From NCBI GenBank assembly GCA_963729625.1, contig CAVSOU010000010.1, forward strand, positions 224,001 through 288,000: a stretch of 64,000 bases of DNA. Direction: 5' to 3'. The notes under the pieces are model-generated. The model did not search any database. It was not told the origin of the DNA and saw only the letters and a list, made by a program, of their open reading frames with translations. Below are positions 37,523-47,893 of the stretch, one piece after another (the first letter of the stretch is position 1; every line of letters begins with the position of its first letter). Made by a program: the position numbers and the translations under genes. The stretch comes from an uncultured bacterium (GTDB lineage Bacteria > Chloroflexota > UBA5177 > JANWHV01).

Positions 37523-37852
37523 ATGTCCACGCCCAATCGCCCACAGAAGGCCGCGACTGCGAAGAGAAAGTCCGCAACCAAGCATGTGCCGGAGCGCACC
37601 TGCGTGGCATGCCGGACTTCGCGGCCAAAGCGGCACCTGGTCCGTGTCGTACGTACCGCGGAAGGGAACGTAGAAGTAGATAGAACCGGCCGGAAGGCTG
37701 GAAGGGGTGCGTACCTGTGCCCGGCTCAGGAATGCTGGCGACTTGCCAGGACCAGGAAGTCACTGGATCAAGCGCTCTCCGTGACTGTCACGGCCGATGC
37801 GTGGGCACTGCTCGAAGAATATGCAGAACGATTACCGGAGGCGCGGATTTGA
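37523..37852 (+). CDS. ylxR: YlxR/RnpM family RNA-binding protein
   Basis: PERTCVACR, GRGAYLC. Confidence 0.93.
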   Translation: MSTPNRPQKAATAKRKSATKHVPERTCVACRTSRPKRHLVRVVRTAEGNVEVDRTGRKAGRGAYLCPAQECWRLARTRKSLDQALSVTVTADAWALLEEYAERLPEARI

Positions 37853-37874
37853 AGCGCCTGCTTCGGAGGTAACT

Positions 37875-39803
37875 ATGGCGGGACAACGACCTGGTGGTGG
37901 CAATAGAGGAGGAACCAGACGTCCAGGTGGTCGCGGCAGTGGCCCGCGACCGGGAGGACGTGGAGGTCAGCGCGGTGCCCCGGGCGGCGTCGCAGTTCTT
38001 GAAGGGCGCGACGAAGGACTGGCATCCGCAGACCGGCTGCAATCGGTTGAGCTTCCATCGGTCATGACCGTCAAGGAACTCGCGGAAACGCTGTCCGTCG
38101 AGCCGGTACAGGTAATGAAGCTCCTGATCAAGAATGGCATGATGGCCACTATCAATCAGGAAATCGACTTTGATACGGGGGCCATTGTTGCGTCAGAGCT
38201 GGGTGTCGAAGCTACCGAGCAAAAGCGTGCCGCGCCCGAAACGGAGCCCCAGCAGGCGGTCATAGAGGGTTCGCTGCCTGTCGAGGACGACCCTGCGAAG
38301 TTGAAGCCGCGGCCACCGGTCGTAACTATTATGGGCCACGTCGACCACGGAAAGACGTCGTTGCTGGATGCCATTCGGCAGACAAACGTCGTCGCGGGCG
38401 AAGCAGGCGGCATTACCCAGCATATTGGTGCGTATCAGGTCGAGAAGACTGGTAAGAGGATTACGTTTCTTGACACGCCTGGACACCAGGCGTTCACGGC
38501 CATGCGCGCTCGCGGCGCGCAGGTAACCGACCTGGTCATTATTGTGGTCGCGGCCGATGATGGTGTGATGCCTCAGACCCGCGAGGCGATCGCGCACGCC
38601 AGGGCGGCCCGCGTCCCCATTGTCGTGGCCATCAACAAGATTGACACTCCGGGCGCCAATCCTGACCGCGTGAAGCAAGAACTGGCGCTGATCGGCGTCC
38701 AGGTCGAGGAATACGGCGGCGACGTGGTGTGTGTCGAAGTCTCGGCGAAGAAGAAGGTCGGTCTGCAAGAGCTGCTCGACATGATTCTGTTGGTCACTGA
38801 GATACAGGACTTGAAGGCAAATCCGGACCGGCCGGCTATCGGCACTGTGGTCGAGGCACGTCTCGACCGCATGAAGGGCTCGATGTGCACGGTGCTCGTT
38901 CGCAGCGGCACCCTCAGGCAGGGCGACACGGTGGTCGTCGGCAGCGTCTACGGCCGGGTGCGGGCTATGTACAACGATCGCGGCAAGCCGATCAAGGCAG
39001 CAGGCCCGTCGTTTCCAGCCGAGGTACTCGGTCTTCTCAACGTGCCGGCCGCGGGTGACACGCTACAAGTGTTTAGCGACGAGAAGTATGCACGCACATT
39101 GGCCGGCGACCGCGCGCGCGAGAAGCGCGCCGAGTCGTTGCAGCCTACCAAGAAGCTTGGACTCGCCGACCTGTCGTTGTTCATTCAAGCCGGCCAGATG
39201 AAGGAGCTGAACATCGTCCTCAAGGCCGATGTCCAGGGCTCGGTCGAGGCGGTCAGGAGTGAGCTTGAGAAGCTCTCGAATGAAACCGTGAAGCTCAACG
39301 TGCTGCTGTCGGACACCGGACCGGTTACCGACTCCGACATTCAGCTCGCGGCGGCGTCGCAAGCCATTGTCGTCGGATTCAACGTCAGACTTGACGCCGG
39401 CGCCAAGAACGCCGTGAGCGCTACCGGCGTCGACGTGCGATTTTATGACATCATCTACAAGCTGACCGAGGACATTGAAGCAGCGTTACGCGGAATGCTC
39501 GATCCGTCGTATGAAGACGTCGTTACGGGCCACGCCGAGGTCTTGCAGATCTTTCCTGCGTCCAAGACCGAGAAGGCCGCCGGATCGAAGATCATCGACG
39601 GGACAGTGCATCGCGCCGACAACGTGCGGGTCCTTCGGAACGACAAGGTCGTTGGCGAGTCGAAGGTTGTTTCGCTGCGCCGCGGTCGAGACGATGCGCG
39701 CGAGGTCAACTCCGGTTTCGAGTGCGGCATCGTACTGGACCAATACAACGATTTCGAGGTTGGCGACATTCTCGAGAGTTGGACGCGAGCGAAGGTAGTG
39801 TAG
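37875..39803 (+). CDS. infB: Translation initiation factor IF-2
   Basis: [27 protein letters not shown]; GGAGG RBS. Confidence 0.98.
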   Translation: MAGQRPGGGNRGGTRRPGGRGSGPRPGGRGGQRGAPGGVAVLEGRDEGLASADRLQSVELPSVMTVKELAETLSVEPVQVMKLLIKNGMMATINQEIDFDTGAIVASELGVEATEQKRAAPETEPQQAVIEGSLPVEDDPAKLKPRPPVVTIMGHVDHGKTSLLDAIRQTNVVAGEAGGITQHIGAYQVEKTGKRITFLDTPGHQAFTAMRARGAQVTDLVIIVVAADDGVMPQTREAIAHARAARVPIVVAINKIDTPGANPDRVKQELALIGVQVEEYGGDVVCVEVSAKKKVGLQELLDMILLVTEIQDLKANPDRPAIGTVVEARLDRMKGSMCTVLVRSGTLRQGDTVVVGSVYGRVRAMYNDRGKPIKAAGPSFPAEVLGLLNVPAAGDTLQVFSDEKYARTLAGDRAREKRAESLQPTKKLGLADLSLFIQAGQMKELNIVLKADVQGSVEAVRSELEKLSNETVKLNVLLSDTGPVTDSDIQLAAASQAIVVGFNVRLDAGAKNAVSATGVDVRFYDIIYKLTEDIEAALRGMLDPSYEDVVTGHAEVLQIFPASKTEKAAGSKIIDGTVHRADNVRVLRNDKVVGESKVVSLRRGRDDAREVNSGFECGIVLDQYNDFEVGDILESWTRAKVV

Positions 39804-39806
39804 TCA

Positions 39807-40160
39807 ATGACGCAGTACAGGTCAGAGCGCCTGAGCCACGCCATCCAGCGTTTCGTGAGCGAGGCACTGCAGTTTGAGCTTCGAGATCCACGCTTGAACA
39901 TGGCAAGTGTTACCAGGGTCGAGGTAAGCCATGACATGCAGCATGCAAAAGTATTCATCAGCGCAGTGACTCCAGAAGACCGCGATGAGGCCGCTAAGGT
40001 ACTTGAGCGCGCCCGCGGATTCTTGCGAAGAGGCCTCGCCGCGCAACTCACCACGCGAACCACTCCTGAACTGCACTTCGTCGCCGATCCATCGGTGGTC
40101 GGCGGTGACCATGTCCTGGCGATCATGCGGGAGATTGAAGCGCAGGAAGGATCGCGGTAG
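39807..40160 (+). CDS. rbfA: Ribosome-binding factor A
   Basis: LRDPRL, VEVSHDMQHAKV, TPELHF. Confidence 0.95.
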   Translation: MTQYRSERLSHAIQRFVSEALQFELRDPRLNMASVTRVEVSHDMQHAKVFISAVTPEDRDEAAKVLERARGFLRRGLAAQLTTRTTPELHFVADPSVVGGDHVLAIMREIEAQEGSR

Positions 40161-41179
40161 TGCAGGAAGGCGGAAGCGCCCAGGGCGGCGGCAACAATGC
40201 GTCGCTACGTGAGATCGCAGGCTTGCTTCGTGCCAGTCACGATGTCATTGTGCTCACGCACCGGAACCCCGACGGCGACGCGGTGGGTTCAGCCACGGCG
40301 TTGGCCGCTGCACTTCGGGGCATGGGAGCGGGCGTGACATTGGTGTGCCCGGATCCCGTGCCAGGCTACCTGCTCAAGGTACCGGGAGCATCGGACTTCA
40401 TCCATTCCATCGAGCGGACCGACTACGATCTCGTGGTGTCGGTGGACGTGTCGGATCCATCATTGCTCAAGCCGCTTCCCGTTGCTGAGGCTGGGTTCTT
40501 TCGAGACCGCCCCTCGATCAATATCGACCATCATTTCAGCAACCTCTACTATGCGAGCCTCAACTACGTTGACGTCGATGCCGCCTCGGCGACAGAGATC
40601 GTGGGCACCCTGTTACGCGATGAGCTTGGACTGGACTACACGACCGAGATTGCATCCGGCCTGCTGTACGGCGTGGTCAACGACACGCATTCGTTTCAGA
40701 ATTCGAACACGTCGCCAAGGACACTTCGCTTCTCCGCTGAACTGGTCGAGGCCGGCGCGGACCTCGCGGGCACCGTCTTCAATCTGCTGCTGGAGAAGCG
40801 AGTTTCGGCGGCACGCCTGTGGGCAGTGACGCTTCCCTCCCTGCGTTTTGCCGACAACGAGCGGGTCGCAATGCTCACCGTGTCGCTCGACGCCCTGACG
40901 CGTGCGGGCGGCACGATGGAAGATGCGGACGGCCTCGTTGAATTCCTGCGCAACATTCAAGGAGTTGACATGGCTGTGCTCTTTAAACAGACATCGCCCG
41001 ACGAGTATCGCCTGAGTCTGAGGACAAGTCCTGTTGTCGACGCCACTGTCGTGGCCGGAACCTTCGGTGGCGGCGGGCATCAGCGAGCCTCAGGGGGTGA
41101 TGCGCGAGGTACACTGGAGGACATCGAGCGACGTATTATGGCGGTATATAGTGCGACTCGCGCGTCCGACACTACGTAG
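40160..41179 (+). CDS. nrnA: DHH/DHHA1 phosphoesterase (NrnA-like)
   Basis: HRNPDGDAVGS, IDHH, SLR, GGGGH. Confidence 0.9.
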   Translation: MQEGGSAQGGGNNASLREIAGLLRASHDVIVLTHRNPDGDAVGSATALAAALRGMGAGVTLVCPDPVPGYLLKVPGASDFIHSIERTDYDLVVSVDVSDPSLLKPLPVAEAGFFRDRPSINIDHHFSNLYYASLNYVDVDAASATEIVGTLLRDELGLDYTTEIASGLLYGVVNDTHSFQNSNTSPRTLRFSAELVEAGADLAGTVFNLLLEKRVSAARLWAVTLPSLRFADNERVAMLTVSLDALTRAGGTMEDADGLVEFLRNIQGVDMAVLFKQTSPDEYRLSLRTSPVVDATVVAGTFGGGGHQRASGGDARGTLEDIERRIMAVYSATRASDTT

Positions 41180-41345
41180 ACGAAAGGCGCCGTTTCGGCC
41201 GAACGCGTGGCGCCAGCGGGCCGGAGCGCAAGAGTGCCAGGAGGAGATGGTCTCTCTGCTATGGTAGTTGCGTCTAGACCATGCGAGCATAGTCCCGTAG
41301 CAAGCGGTGTCGGTTGGACGGTACCGGCGAGTCCCTTCTAGAAAA

Positions 41346-42389
41346 ATGGACGGAATACTGGCGGTCGACAAACCCTACGGATGGACCTCCCATGATGTTG
41401 TGGCGAAGCTCAGAAGCCTGGCACATCAAAGGCGAATAGGGCACGCGGGTACGCTCGATCCCATGGCGACGGGCGTGCTGCTTCTTTGCCTGGGTGATGC
41501 CACGCGTGTGAGCGAGATGCTCATGGAGGGCGTGAAATGGTACCTGGCTCGAGTGGCGTTCGGCGTGGCCACCGACACGGACGATGCCCTGGGGACCGTT
41601 CTTTCCATGCAGCCAGCATCCTTCACGGTCGAGCAGCTCATCGCTGCCCTGCGGCAGCAGGTCGGAGCATTGCAACAAACCCCCCCGGCTTTCGCGGCGA
41701 TCAAGAGCGGAGGTGTGCCGAGCTATCGGCGGGCGCGCGCGGGTCAGGCAGTAGAGCTCGCACCGCGATCTGTCACGGTCCACTCCATCACGCTCCTCGA
41801 ATTCGCACCGGCCGGCGGCAAAGTCTCGGCGGGACCGTCAGGCGGGACAAGGCGAGGCGGTGATGCAGATACCACGTCGGCTTCGCGCCCAGGCGGTGAA
41901 AGTCCCGCGCGGGGCGCAATGGGTGCTTTCGCGCGGCCATCAGGGTTGGCCCGGGCAACGATTCTCGTCTCGTGCGGTAAGGGAACATATATCCGGTCGA
42001 TCGCTCGAGACGTCGGCAGCGCGCTCGGCTGCGGAGCGCACCTGTCTGGCCTGCGACGGCTCGCCAGCGGAGGGTTCACCACAAGCGATTGCGCGGAGAT
42101 CGGCGACCTCCAGAGAGTGACGGCCGATCAGGGCCTGACGGCGATTGAACGTCGCCTTGTGGACACTGACGCGGCATTGGCAGATTGGCCCGCGATCGTG
42201 GTGGATGCCAAGCTGGCAGCCGGAATCGCGAACGGCGCGCGGTTCGTGGTCGAGCGCGTGCTTCCCCAACGACGTGCCCGCCTCTACAGCACTCGTGGGG
42301 CTCTTCTCGGCCTCGCGGACGTCGATACACTGCGGGCGGACCATTCCACCGTACAGCCGTACATCGTGTTTGCCGGAGCGGCGTCGTGA
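41346..42389 (+). CDS. truB: tRNA pseudouridine(55) synthase
   Basis: DKPYGWTSHDVV, GHAGTLDPMATGVL, CGKGTYIRS. Confidence 0.96.
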   Translation: MDGILAVDKPYGWTSHDVVAKLRSLAHQRRIGHAGTLDPMATGVLLLCLGDATRVSEMLMEGVKWYLARVAFGVATDTDDALGTVLSMQPASFTVEQLIAALRQQVGALQQTPPAFAAIKSGGVPSYRRARAGQAVELAPRSVTVHSITLLEFAPAGGKVSAGPSGGTRRGGDADTTSASRPGGESPARGAMGAFARPSGLARATILVSCGKGTYIRSIARDVGSALGCGAHLSGLRRLASGGFTTSDCAEIGDLQRVTADQGLTAIERRLVDTDAALADWPAIVVDAKLAAGIANGARFVVERVLPQRRARLYSTRGALLGLADVDTLRADHSTVQPYIVFAGAAS

Positions 42390-43288
42390 CGGTGAAGGTA
42401 GCCCGCACGTTTGAGGACGTTCGTCTTGATACGCCAGCCATGCTGTCTATCGGTACCTTCGACGGCGTGCATCGTGGCCACCGATTCCTCTTGGAACAAG
42501 CGCGAAATCGAGCCATTGAGCAGCAGTTCGCGCTTGTGATCGTCACCTTCGACCCGTGCCCTGCCGTGATCCTGCGTCCGGATGTCGGTCGCTATCAGAT
42601 CAGCACGCCGGCGCAGAAGCTACAACTCCTCGACAACCTCGACTCCAGCCTCATCGTGCTGCTGACGTTCACGCCTCAGCTCTCGCGCTTGAGCGCGGAA
42701 GCGTTCATGGATGAGCTGGAGGCACGTCTGCAGCTCAGAGAGCTTTGGGTCGGCCAGGACTTCCGGTTTGGACACGACCGCCGTGGCGATCCGGACATGC
42801 TGGCCGTACGGAGCCGGACGTCCGGATTCTCGCTCCACGTCGTCAGTCGAAGGATGGACGACAAGGAGAGCATATCGAGCTCCCGAATTCGCGGCGTGAT
42901 CGCTCGCGGAGATGTCGAAAATGCGACGCCGCTGCTGGGGTATCCATTTCGACGTGCCTCCGAGGGAGTCGCGGCGGCCACGTGGATCTCCGGCGGGGAC
43001 TGCGTTTCATGTTCGATCGCGCCCCACCTTCTGCTTCCCGCCGACGGCATGTATGCCGTTCAGACTTCCTCGGGAATACAGACCGTTGCTCTCGTAGCCG
43101 GATCGGCGCAGAAAGCGCAGCTCATGGTCAAAGGCACTGAGGCGGGCAGCTCGTTCGAGGTCGAGTTCGTGCACTGGCTAACGACATACGGCGAGTATCT
43201 GCACGACCCAGCACGCTGGGACGTTGCCGCCACTACACTAGTGTCTCGGTGGCAGCGTCCCACCTACGCGCCGATCAGCAGTCACTAG
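42386..43288 (+). CDS. ribF: FAD synthetase (RibF-like); FMN adenylyltransferase domain intact, kinase domain degenerate
   Basis: IGTFDGVHRGH, VGQDFRFG, ISSSRIR; no GR.LGFPTAN motif. Confidence 0.8.
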   Translation: MTVKVARTFEDVRLDTPAMLSIGTFDGVHRGHRFLLEQARNRAIEQQFALVIVTFDPCPAVILRPDVGRYQISTPAQKLQLLDNLDSSLIVLLTFTPQLSRLSAEAFMDELEARLQLRELWVGQDFRFGHDRRGDPDMLAVRSRTSGFSLHVVSRRMDDKESISSSRIRGVIARGDVENATPLLGYPFRRASEGVAAATWISGGDCVSCSIAPHLLLPADGMYAVQTSSGIQTVALVAGSAQKAQLMVKGTEAGSSFEVEFVHWLTTYGEYLHDPARWDVAATTLVSRWQRPTYAPISSH

Positions 43289-43308
43289 CTTCCGGATCGC
43301 CGAGCAGG

Positions 43309-43545
43309 TCAGTGGCACCCACACGAGCCACATGATCCACCGCTGCAGCTACCGCAGCCGCCCGACGCGCTGGTGTCAGCACTGCTCGAGTCGCCGGCAC
43401 CGACGCTTGCGAAGGTGGACACCAGCTTCTGCACCTTCGGGCTATGACAGTGCCGGCAGACGACTGAGTCTGCTACCGCCCGCATCTGCACGAATAGCTC
43501 GAATCGCCGGGAACAATCAGTACACTTATACTCGTAGACAGGCAT
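43309..43545 (-). CDS. FmdB family zinc-ribbon protein
   Basis: MPVYEYKCTDC...CRHCHS with Cys-rich tail; GGAGG RBS. Confidence 0.92.
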   Translation of the reverse strand: MPVYEYKCTDCSRRFELFVQMRAVADSVVCRHCHSPKVQKLVSTFASVGAGDSSSADTSASGGCGSCSGGSCGSCGCH

Positions 43546-43724
43546 CGTGACCTCCAGAGCTGCGTGAAGTGGCATGCATTGTACGGACTCGCCCGCCAAC
43601 CGACGGTATGTCTTTCCGGCCGTGGCGAGCGCCAACCGCTCATGACCAGACCGGAATCGAACCTGGCAAGATAGTGTAGGTGATGGTAGCAAGTTCTGGG
43701 TTGCCAGCCAACGGCGAGGATCAG

Positions 43725-44507
43725 ATGATGCCGGGCGCCGCGTCGAGAGCGGAGGCGATGCAGGCGCTGCTCGGCATCCGCTTCAACGATTCGCAGCTGT
43801 TGCTACAGGCCCTGCTGCATCGCTCTGCCGTGCTGGAGCGTCAACGCGTGCACGGTGCGCTGCCGCTGGTGGCCTCAAACGAGCGCCTGGAATTTCTCGG
43901 CGACGCGGTGCTCAGCATGCTTGTGGCGGAATACGCGTATCAGCATTTTACAGACTACGACGAAGGAAGGCTTACCGAAGTCCGCGCAGCTCTCGTGCGC
44001 CGCTCCACGCTGGCGATTCTTGCCGACGGCCTGGGAATCGCGGAGTTGCTTTATGTTGGGCGGTCAGAGCGCAAGAGCGGCAGCCGAGGAAGGATGACGG
44101 TTCTCGCCGAGGCGCTTGAGGCTGTTGTGGCTGCGGTGTACCTCGACCAGGGTTTGGAAGTCACTCGCCACATCGTATTCAACATGCTCGCGGGTAGAAT
44201 TCCGTACCTCTTGCACAGGGCGGACGCCCTGAATCCCAAATCTCGGCTCCAAGAACTGGCACAGTCGACCATGCGTTTGCTCCCCACCTACGAGCTGCTG
44301 GGCCGCACCGGACCGGCGCATGACAGCCGCTTTACCGTGACCGCGTGGGTTGGCGAGCAGTGTGCGACCGGACACGGTACGTCGAAACGGAGCGCAGAAC
44401 AGCATGCCGCGCAACTGTTGCTTGAGGTAATTGAATCGACTGCGGCTGAATTTCACGAGGCCGTGCACGCACAGGCCGCCCAGCCCGATGGGCATCCCGA
44501 TGGCTGA
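43725..44507 (+). CDS. rnc: Ribonuclease III
   Basis: NERLEFLGDAVL, NPKSRLQE, dsRBD ending SKRSAEQHAA. Confidence 0.96.
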   Translation: MMPGAASRAEAMQALLGIRFNDSQLLLQALLHRSAVLERQRVHGALPLVASNERLEFLGDAVLSMLVAEYAYQHFTDYDEGRLTEVRAALVRRSTLAILADGLGIAELLYVGRSERKSGSRGRMTVLAEALEAVVAAVYLDQGLEVTRHIVFNMLAGRIPYLLHRADALNPKSRLQELAQSTMRLLPTYELLGRTGPAHDSRFTVTAWVGEQCATGHGTSKRSAEQHAAQLLLEVIESTAAEFHEAVHAQAAQPDGHPDG

Positions 44508-45696
44508 CACGCGTGCACGGCGCGAGCGCACGGGATCAGATGATCGTCCGCGCCAGCTCACTCTATTCGACCTGACTGACGAGGCCGAAGCAGCATCCGC
44601 ACCGCTGGCGAAGCGCACCGTGGCGACCGGCACATCGGCTGCGACGGCGCCCGCTGAGTCGCACGAGCGTGATGCGGCGATGGCGTCTCGTGCCGGCCTG
44701 CCAGGCGACTTCGAAAATGACCGGCTGGCAGGACCTTTCAGCGTGACGGCCTCAGCTCCTCGCCCCGGAGCCGCGACGCTACGACCGGCGATCGACGAGT
44801 ACAAGCAGTACCTAGCGGCAATGAACCGATCCAAGCATACGCGCGACAGCTTCGGGCTCGATCTCAAGCTGTTGCTCGAGCACCTCGGCAACGCGCCGCT
44901 TCATGCCATCGGCGAGCGGGATCTGAGATCGTTCATCAGTTGGGTCAGCGTACAACGGGGCAACAGCGCCACGTCAGTGCGGCGAAAGGTGGCAACGCTC
45001 AAGAATTTCTTCGCCTATCTCCGGCGCGAGCGCGCCATACCAACGGATCCTGCCGCGACTTTGATCTATCCAGAGATCTATCCCGCCTTGCCCGAGTTCT
45101 TGGAGGACGACCAGGTCGCGGATCTGCTCGAGGCGGCCGGTGAGCACCTATTTTGGAAAGCGCTCGTGCTCCTCATGCTTGAAACGGGGTTGAAGCGCGA
45201 TGAGGCGGTCGCGCTCGGTCGCACCGATGTGGTCCTGAGCCGCGACGCGCATGCCTCCTATCTCGTCGTACGAGAGACCGAACAGGCCAAACGACTGCGA
45301 TCGCGCAGATTGGACATCGGAGACGACCTGGCCTCGCTTCTCATCGACTTCGTGAACACGCAGCCCGAGCGTGAGCGGTTCTTTGAAGTCTCCGCCCGCG
45401 GGGTCAACTTCATCGTCGAGACATGCGGCAAACGGGCCCATATTGCCACGAAGGCAAACAAGCTCACGCCACAGATCCTGCGAGCGACTTTTGCCGTGCG
45501 TGCGATGCGCGCAATGGTTGCACTAGAGGACGCGCGGCGGAGTGCTGGCGCTGCCGAGTCCGCAGTAAGTGCGATGGCCGACCAGCACGACCTGCAACTG
45601 TTGCGGTTACTTGGCCTGCACGAAGAGCCCGAGTCGGCGAAGAAGTACCGCAAGCTGGTACGCGGCTGGTCGGAGCACACGAGGCTCGGTGGATGA
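44500..45696 (+). CDS. Divergent tyrosine recombinase (XerD-like) with non-canonical active site
   Basis: SAM-like core-binding domain (SVRRKVATLKNFFAYL), LPEFL, ETGLKRDE, TPQILRATFA, LLGL...KKY. Confidence 0.85.
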   Translation: MADTRARRERTGSDDRPRQLTLFDLTDEAEAASAPLAKRTVATGTSAATAPAESHERDAAMASRAGLPGDFENDRLAGPFSVTASAPRPGAATLRPAIDEYKQYLAAMNRSKHTRDSFGLDLKLLLEHLGNAPLHAIGERDLRSFISWVSVQRGNSATSVRRKVATLKNFFAYLRRERAIPTDPAATLIYPEIYPALPEFLEDDQVADLLEAAGEHLFWKALVLLMLETGLKRDEAVALGRTDVVLSRDAHASYLVVRETEQAKRLRSRRLDIGDDLASLLIDFVNTQPERERFFEVSARGVNFIVETCGKRAHIATKANKLTPQILRATFAVRAMRAMVALEDARRSAGAAESAVSAMADQHDLQLLRLLGLHEEPESAKKYRKLVRGWSEHTRLGG

Positions 45697-45780
45697 CGAC
45701 CCGGCGCGCAGTGCTATCGTCGGCAACCTGGGCGATATCTCGGACGGATCGCCCGCAGTCACCAGCCGTAGCACACCGAG

Positions 45781-46965
45781 TCAGCCAAGCTCGCTGATCG
45801 CATCGAGGACGGCCTCCGCGACATCTCGCTTGCTGGCCATGGGCACCTCTCTCGGCTCCGTTCCAGGCCGGCACAACCAGACGTGGTTGGTATCGGTGTC
45901 GAATCCGGCGCCGGGCTCAGAGACGTCATTGGCCACGAGGAGGTCGGCACCCTTCTGATCCATTTTTTCACCCGCCCGGTGCAATAAGTCTTCAGTTTCC
46001 GCGGCGAATGCGACGATGCGCGTTCCTGGAGGCCGGGATATGGAGCGCAGTATGTCAACCGTAGGCACAAGTGGCAACGACAGCTCTCGAGGAGATCTAC
46101 TAATTTTGCTGGGAGAGGGGTCAGCAGATTTGTAATCGGCGACCGCCGCGGCCATGATCAAAATGGTATTGTCGCTCATACATTTCTGTACCGCAGCAAA
46201 AAGATCATCAGCTGTCCAGATCTGGATTACTGCAGCCCCTGATGGGGGCGCCAACGCGACAGGCCCGGTAATCAGCGTCACGTCCGCGCCGCGGCGCGCG
46301 GCCGCCTCGGCAAGCGCATAGCCCATCTTGCCCGAACTGCGATTCGAGATGTAGCGGACCGGGTCGATAGGTTCCTGCGTTGGCCCGGCCGTGACCACGA
46401 CGTGCCGTCCGGCAAAGTCACGCGGGCGCCATATGCGGGCCAGAATTGCGGACACGATTTCTGCCGTATCCGCGAGACGTCCCACGCCGCGCGTGCCTTC
46501 CGCCAGATAGCCGCTGGCTGGCCCTACAAATCGTGCGCCGCGCGCCTTGAGCGTGGAAACGTGCTGCAGCGTGGCAACGTTTATCCACATCGACGTGTTC
46601 ATCGCCGGCGCGAACAACAACGGTGCGCTGGAAGCCAGTAGCAAGGAGCCAAGCGCATCGTCCGCTATTCCCAGTGCGCATTTGGCGATTACGTTCGCGG
46701 TTGCCGGAACAACGGCCACAAGAGCGGCGGCATGAGCGAGCCGGATGTGGGAGATGTCCATATCTGGCTGCTCGTCCCACAGGCTCGTGAGAACAGGATG
46801 ATGTGTGATACTTTCGAACGAAAGCGGCGCCACGAAGCGCGTCGCATTTTCGGTCATGACCGTGCGCACGGAGACGCCGTTCTGCACGAGTTTGCTGGCT
46901 ACGTCGAGCGCCTTGTACGCCGCTATGCTTCCCGTTACACCGAGAACGACAATGGTCTCAGTCAC
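45781..46965 (-). CDS. coaBC: Phosphopantothenoylcysteine decarboxylase/synthetase
   Basis: [43 protein letters not shown]. Confidence 0.97.
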   Translation of the reverse strand: MTETIVVLGVTGSIAAYKALDVASKLVQNGVSVRTVMTENATRFVAPLSFESITHHPVLTSLWDEQPDMDISHIRLAHAAALVAVVPATANVIAKCALGIADDALGSLLLASSAPLLFAPAMNTSMWINVATLQHVSTLKARGARFVGPASGYLAEGTRGVGRLADTAEIVSAILARIWRPRDFAGRHVVVTAGPTQEPIDPVRYISNRSSGKMGYALAEAAARRGADVTLITGPVALAPPSGAAVIQIWTADDLFAAVQKCMSDNTILIMAAAVADYKSADPSPSKISRSPRELSLPLVPTVDILRSISRPPGTRIVAFAAETEDLLHRAGEKMDQKGADLLVANDVSEPGAGFDTDTNHVWLCRPGTEPREVPMASKRDVAEAVLDAISELG

Positions 46966-47172
46966 CGCGGCTCCCTCGCAAGAACGTGTTCTGCAACACG
47001 GGCCCCCGAAAAAGGTTGGTTGGCGAACTACTCCGCCAGTGTACCGCTCCAGTGGGCCGTCTCGGTATCCGATTGGCTGGGAACGCGGTCTTCGCCTATA
47101 CTCTATGTGCTGCGGTGCCAACACCGGTTGAATCCGAAGACCGCTCGAGTCCGTAGTTAAGGAGTAGGGACG

Positions 47173-47454
47173 GTGGCTGCCAAGAGTGATGGTGCGATTA
47201 AATACCCTAGCTCGAAGCTGGTCAAGAACCTGAACGTGTTGTCCGCGGGGCTGGGCATTGCCAGCATAGTTCTTGATGCCGTGGTGCCAGTGGTGCAACA
47301 GGTCGGGAAGAAGAAGCAGGCGAAGGAAGGGCTTGAGCGAGCGATCTCTCTCATGATCTTCTTCACTGCGATTCGCACCGTGCCACGCCTCATTCGCGAG
47401 ATTCGCAAGTTGCGCGCGCAGATCGGAACGCCGGTCGCCGGGGAGAACCCCTAA
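47173..47454 (+). CDS. Small hypothetical protein, possibly membrane-associated
   Basis: AAGGAG RBS plus GTG; two hydrophobic stretches; first gene before rpmE. Confidence 0.6.
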   Translation: MAAKSDGAIKYPSSKLVKNLNVLSAGLGIASIVLDAVVPVVQQVGKKKQAKEGLERAISLMIFFTAIRTVPRLIREIRKLRAQIGTPVAGENP

Positions 47455-47522
47455 CCGGGATCGGCACATGTGGGACCTGACGTGCACGCATGTCAGAATA
47501 CACAGAGAGTAGGACAGAACAG

Positions 47523-47765
47523 ATGAAGCCAGGTATCCATCCCGTCTACAACCACGACTGCAGGGTTACGTGCGCTTGTGGCAATACGTTTCTGACCGGT
47601 TCAACGGCCAAAGCCGTGCGCGTCGACGTGTGCGCGAAGTGCCATCCGTTCTACACCGGCCAGCAGCGCATTATCGACACCGGTGGACAGGTCGAGCGCT
47701 TCCTGAAGCGACAGCGGCGAACCGAAGGTACCGAGCAACCGGCAAGCGCCGCTGGCAGCTCCTAG
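47523..47765 (+). CDS. rpmE: 50S ribosomal protein L31 (Zn-binding type)
   Basis: [21 protein letters not shown]. Confidence 0.97.
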   Translation: MKPGIHPVYNHDCRVTCACGNTFLTGSTAKAVRVDVCAKCHPFYTGQQRIIDTGGQVERFLKRQRRTEGTEQPASAAGSS

Positions 47766-47893
47766 CGCCGATAGGTCCGGCGTAAGGGTTGGCCAGAGAT
47801 GGCGAGGGGCGTAGCGAGAATCGAACATTCATGGCTGCGCCTCTCGCCATGCTGTGGAGCGCGAATAGTAGCCACGGCCGGGAGAGAACGGGT

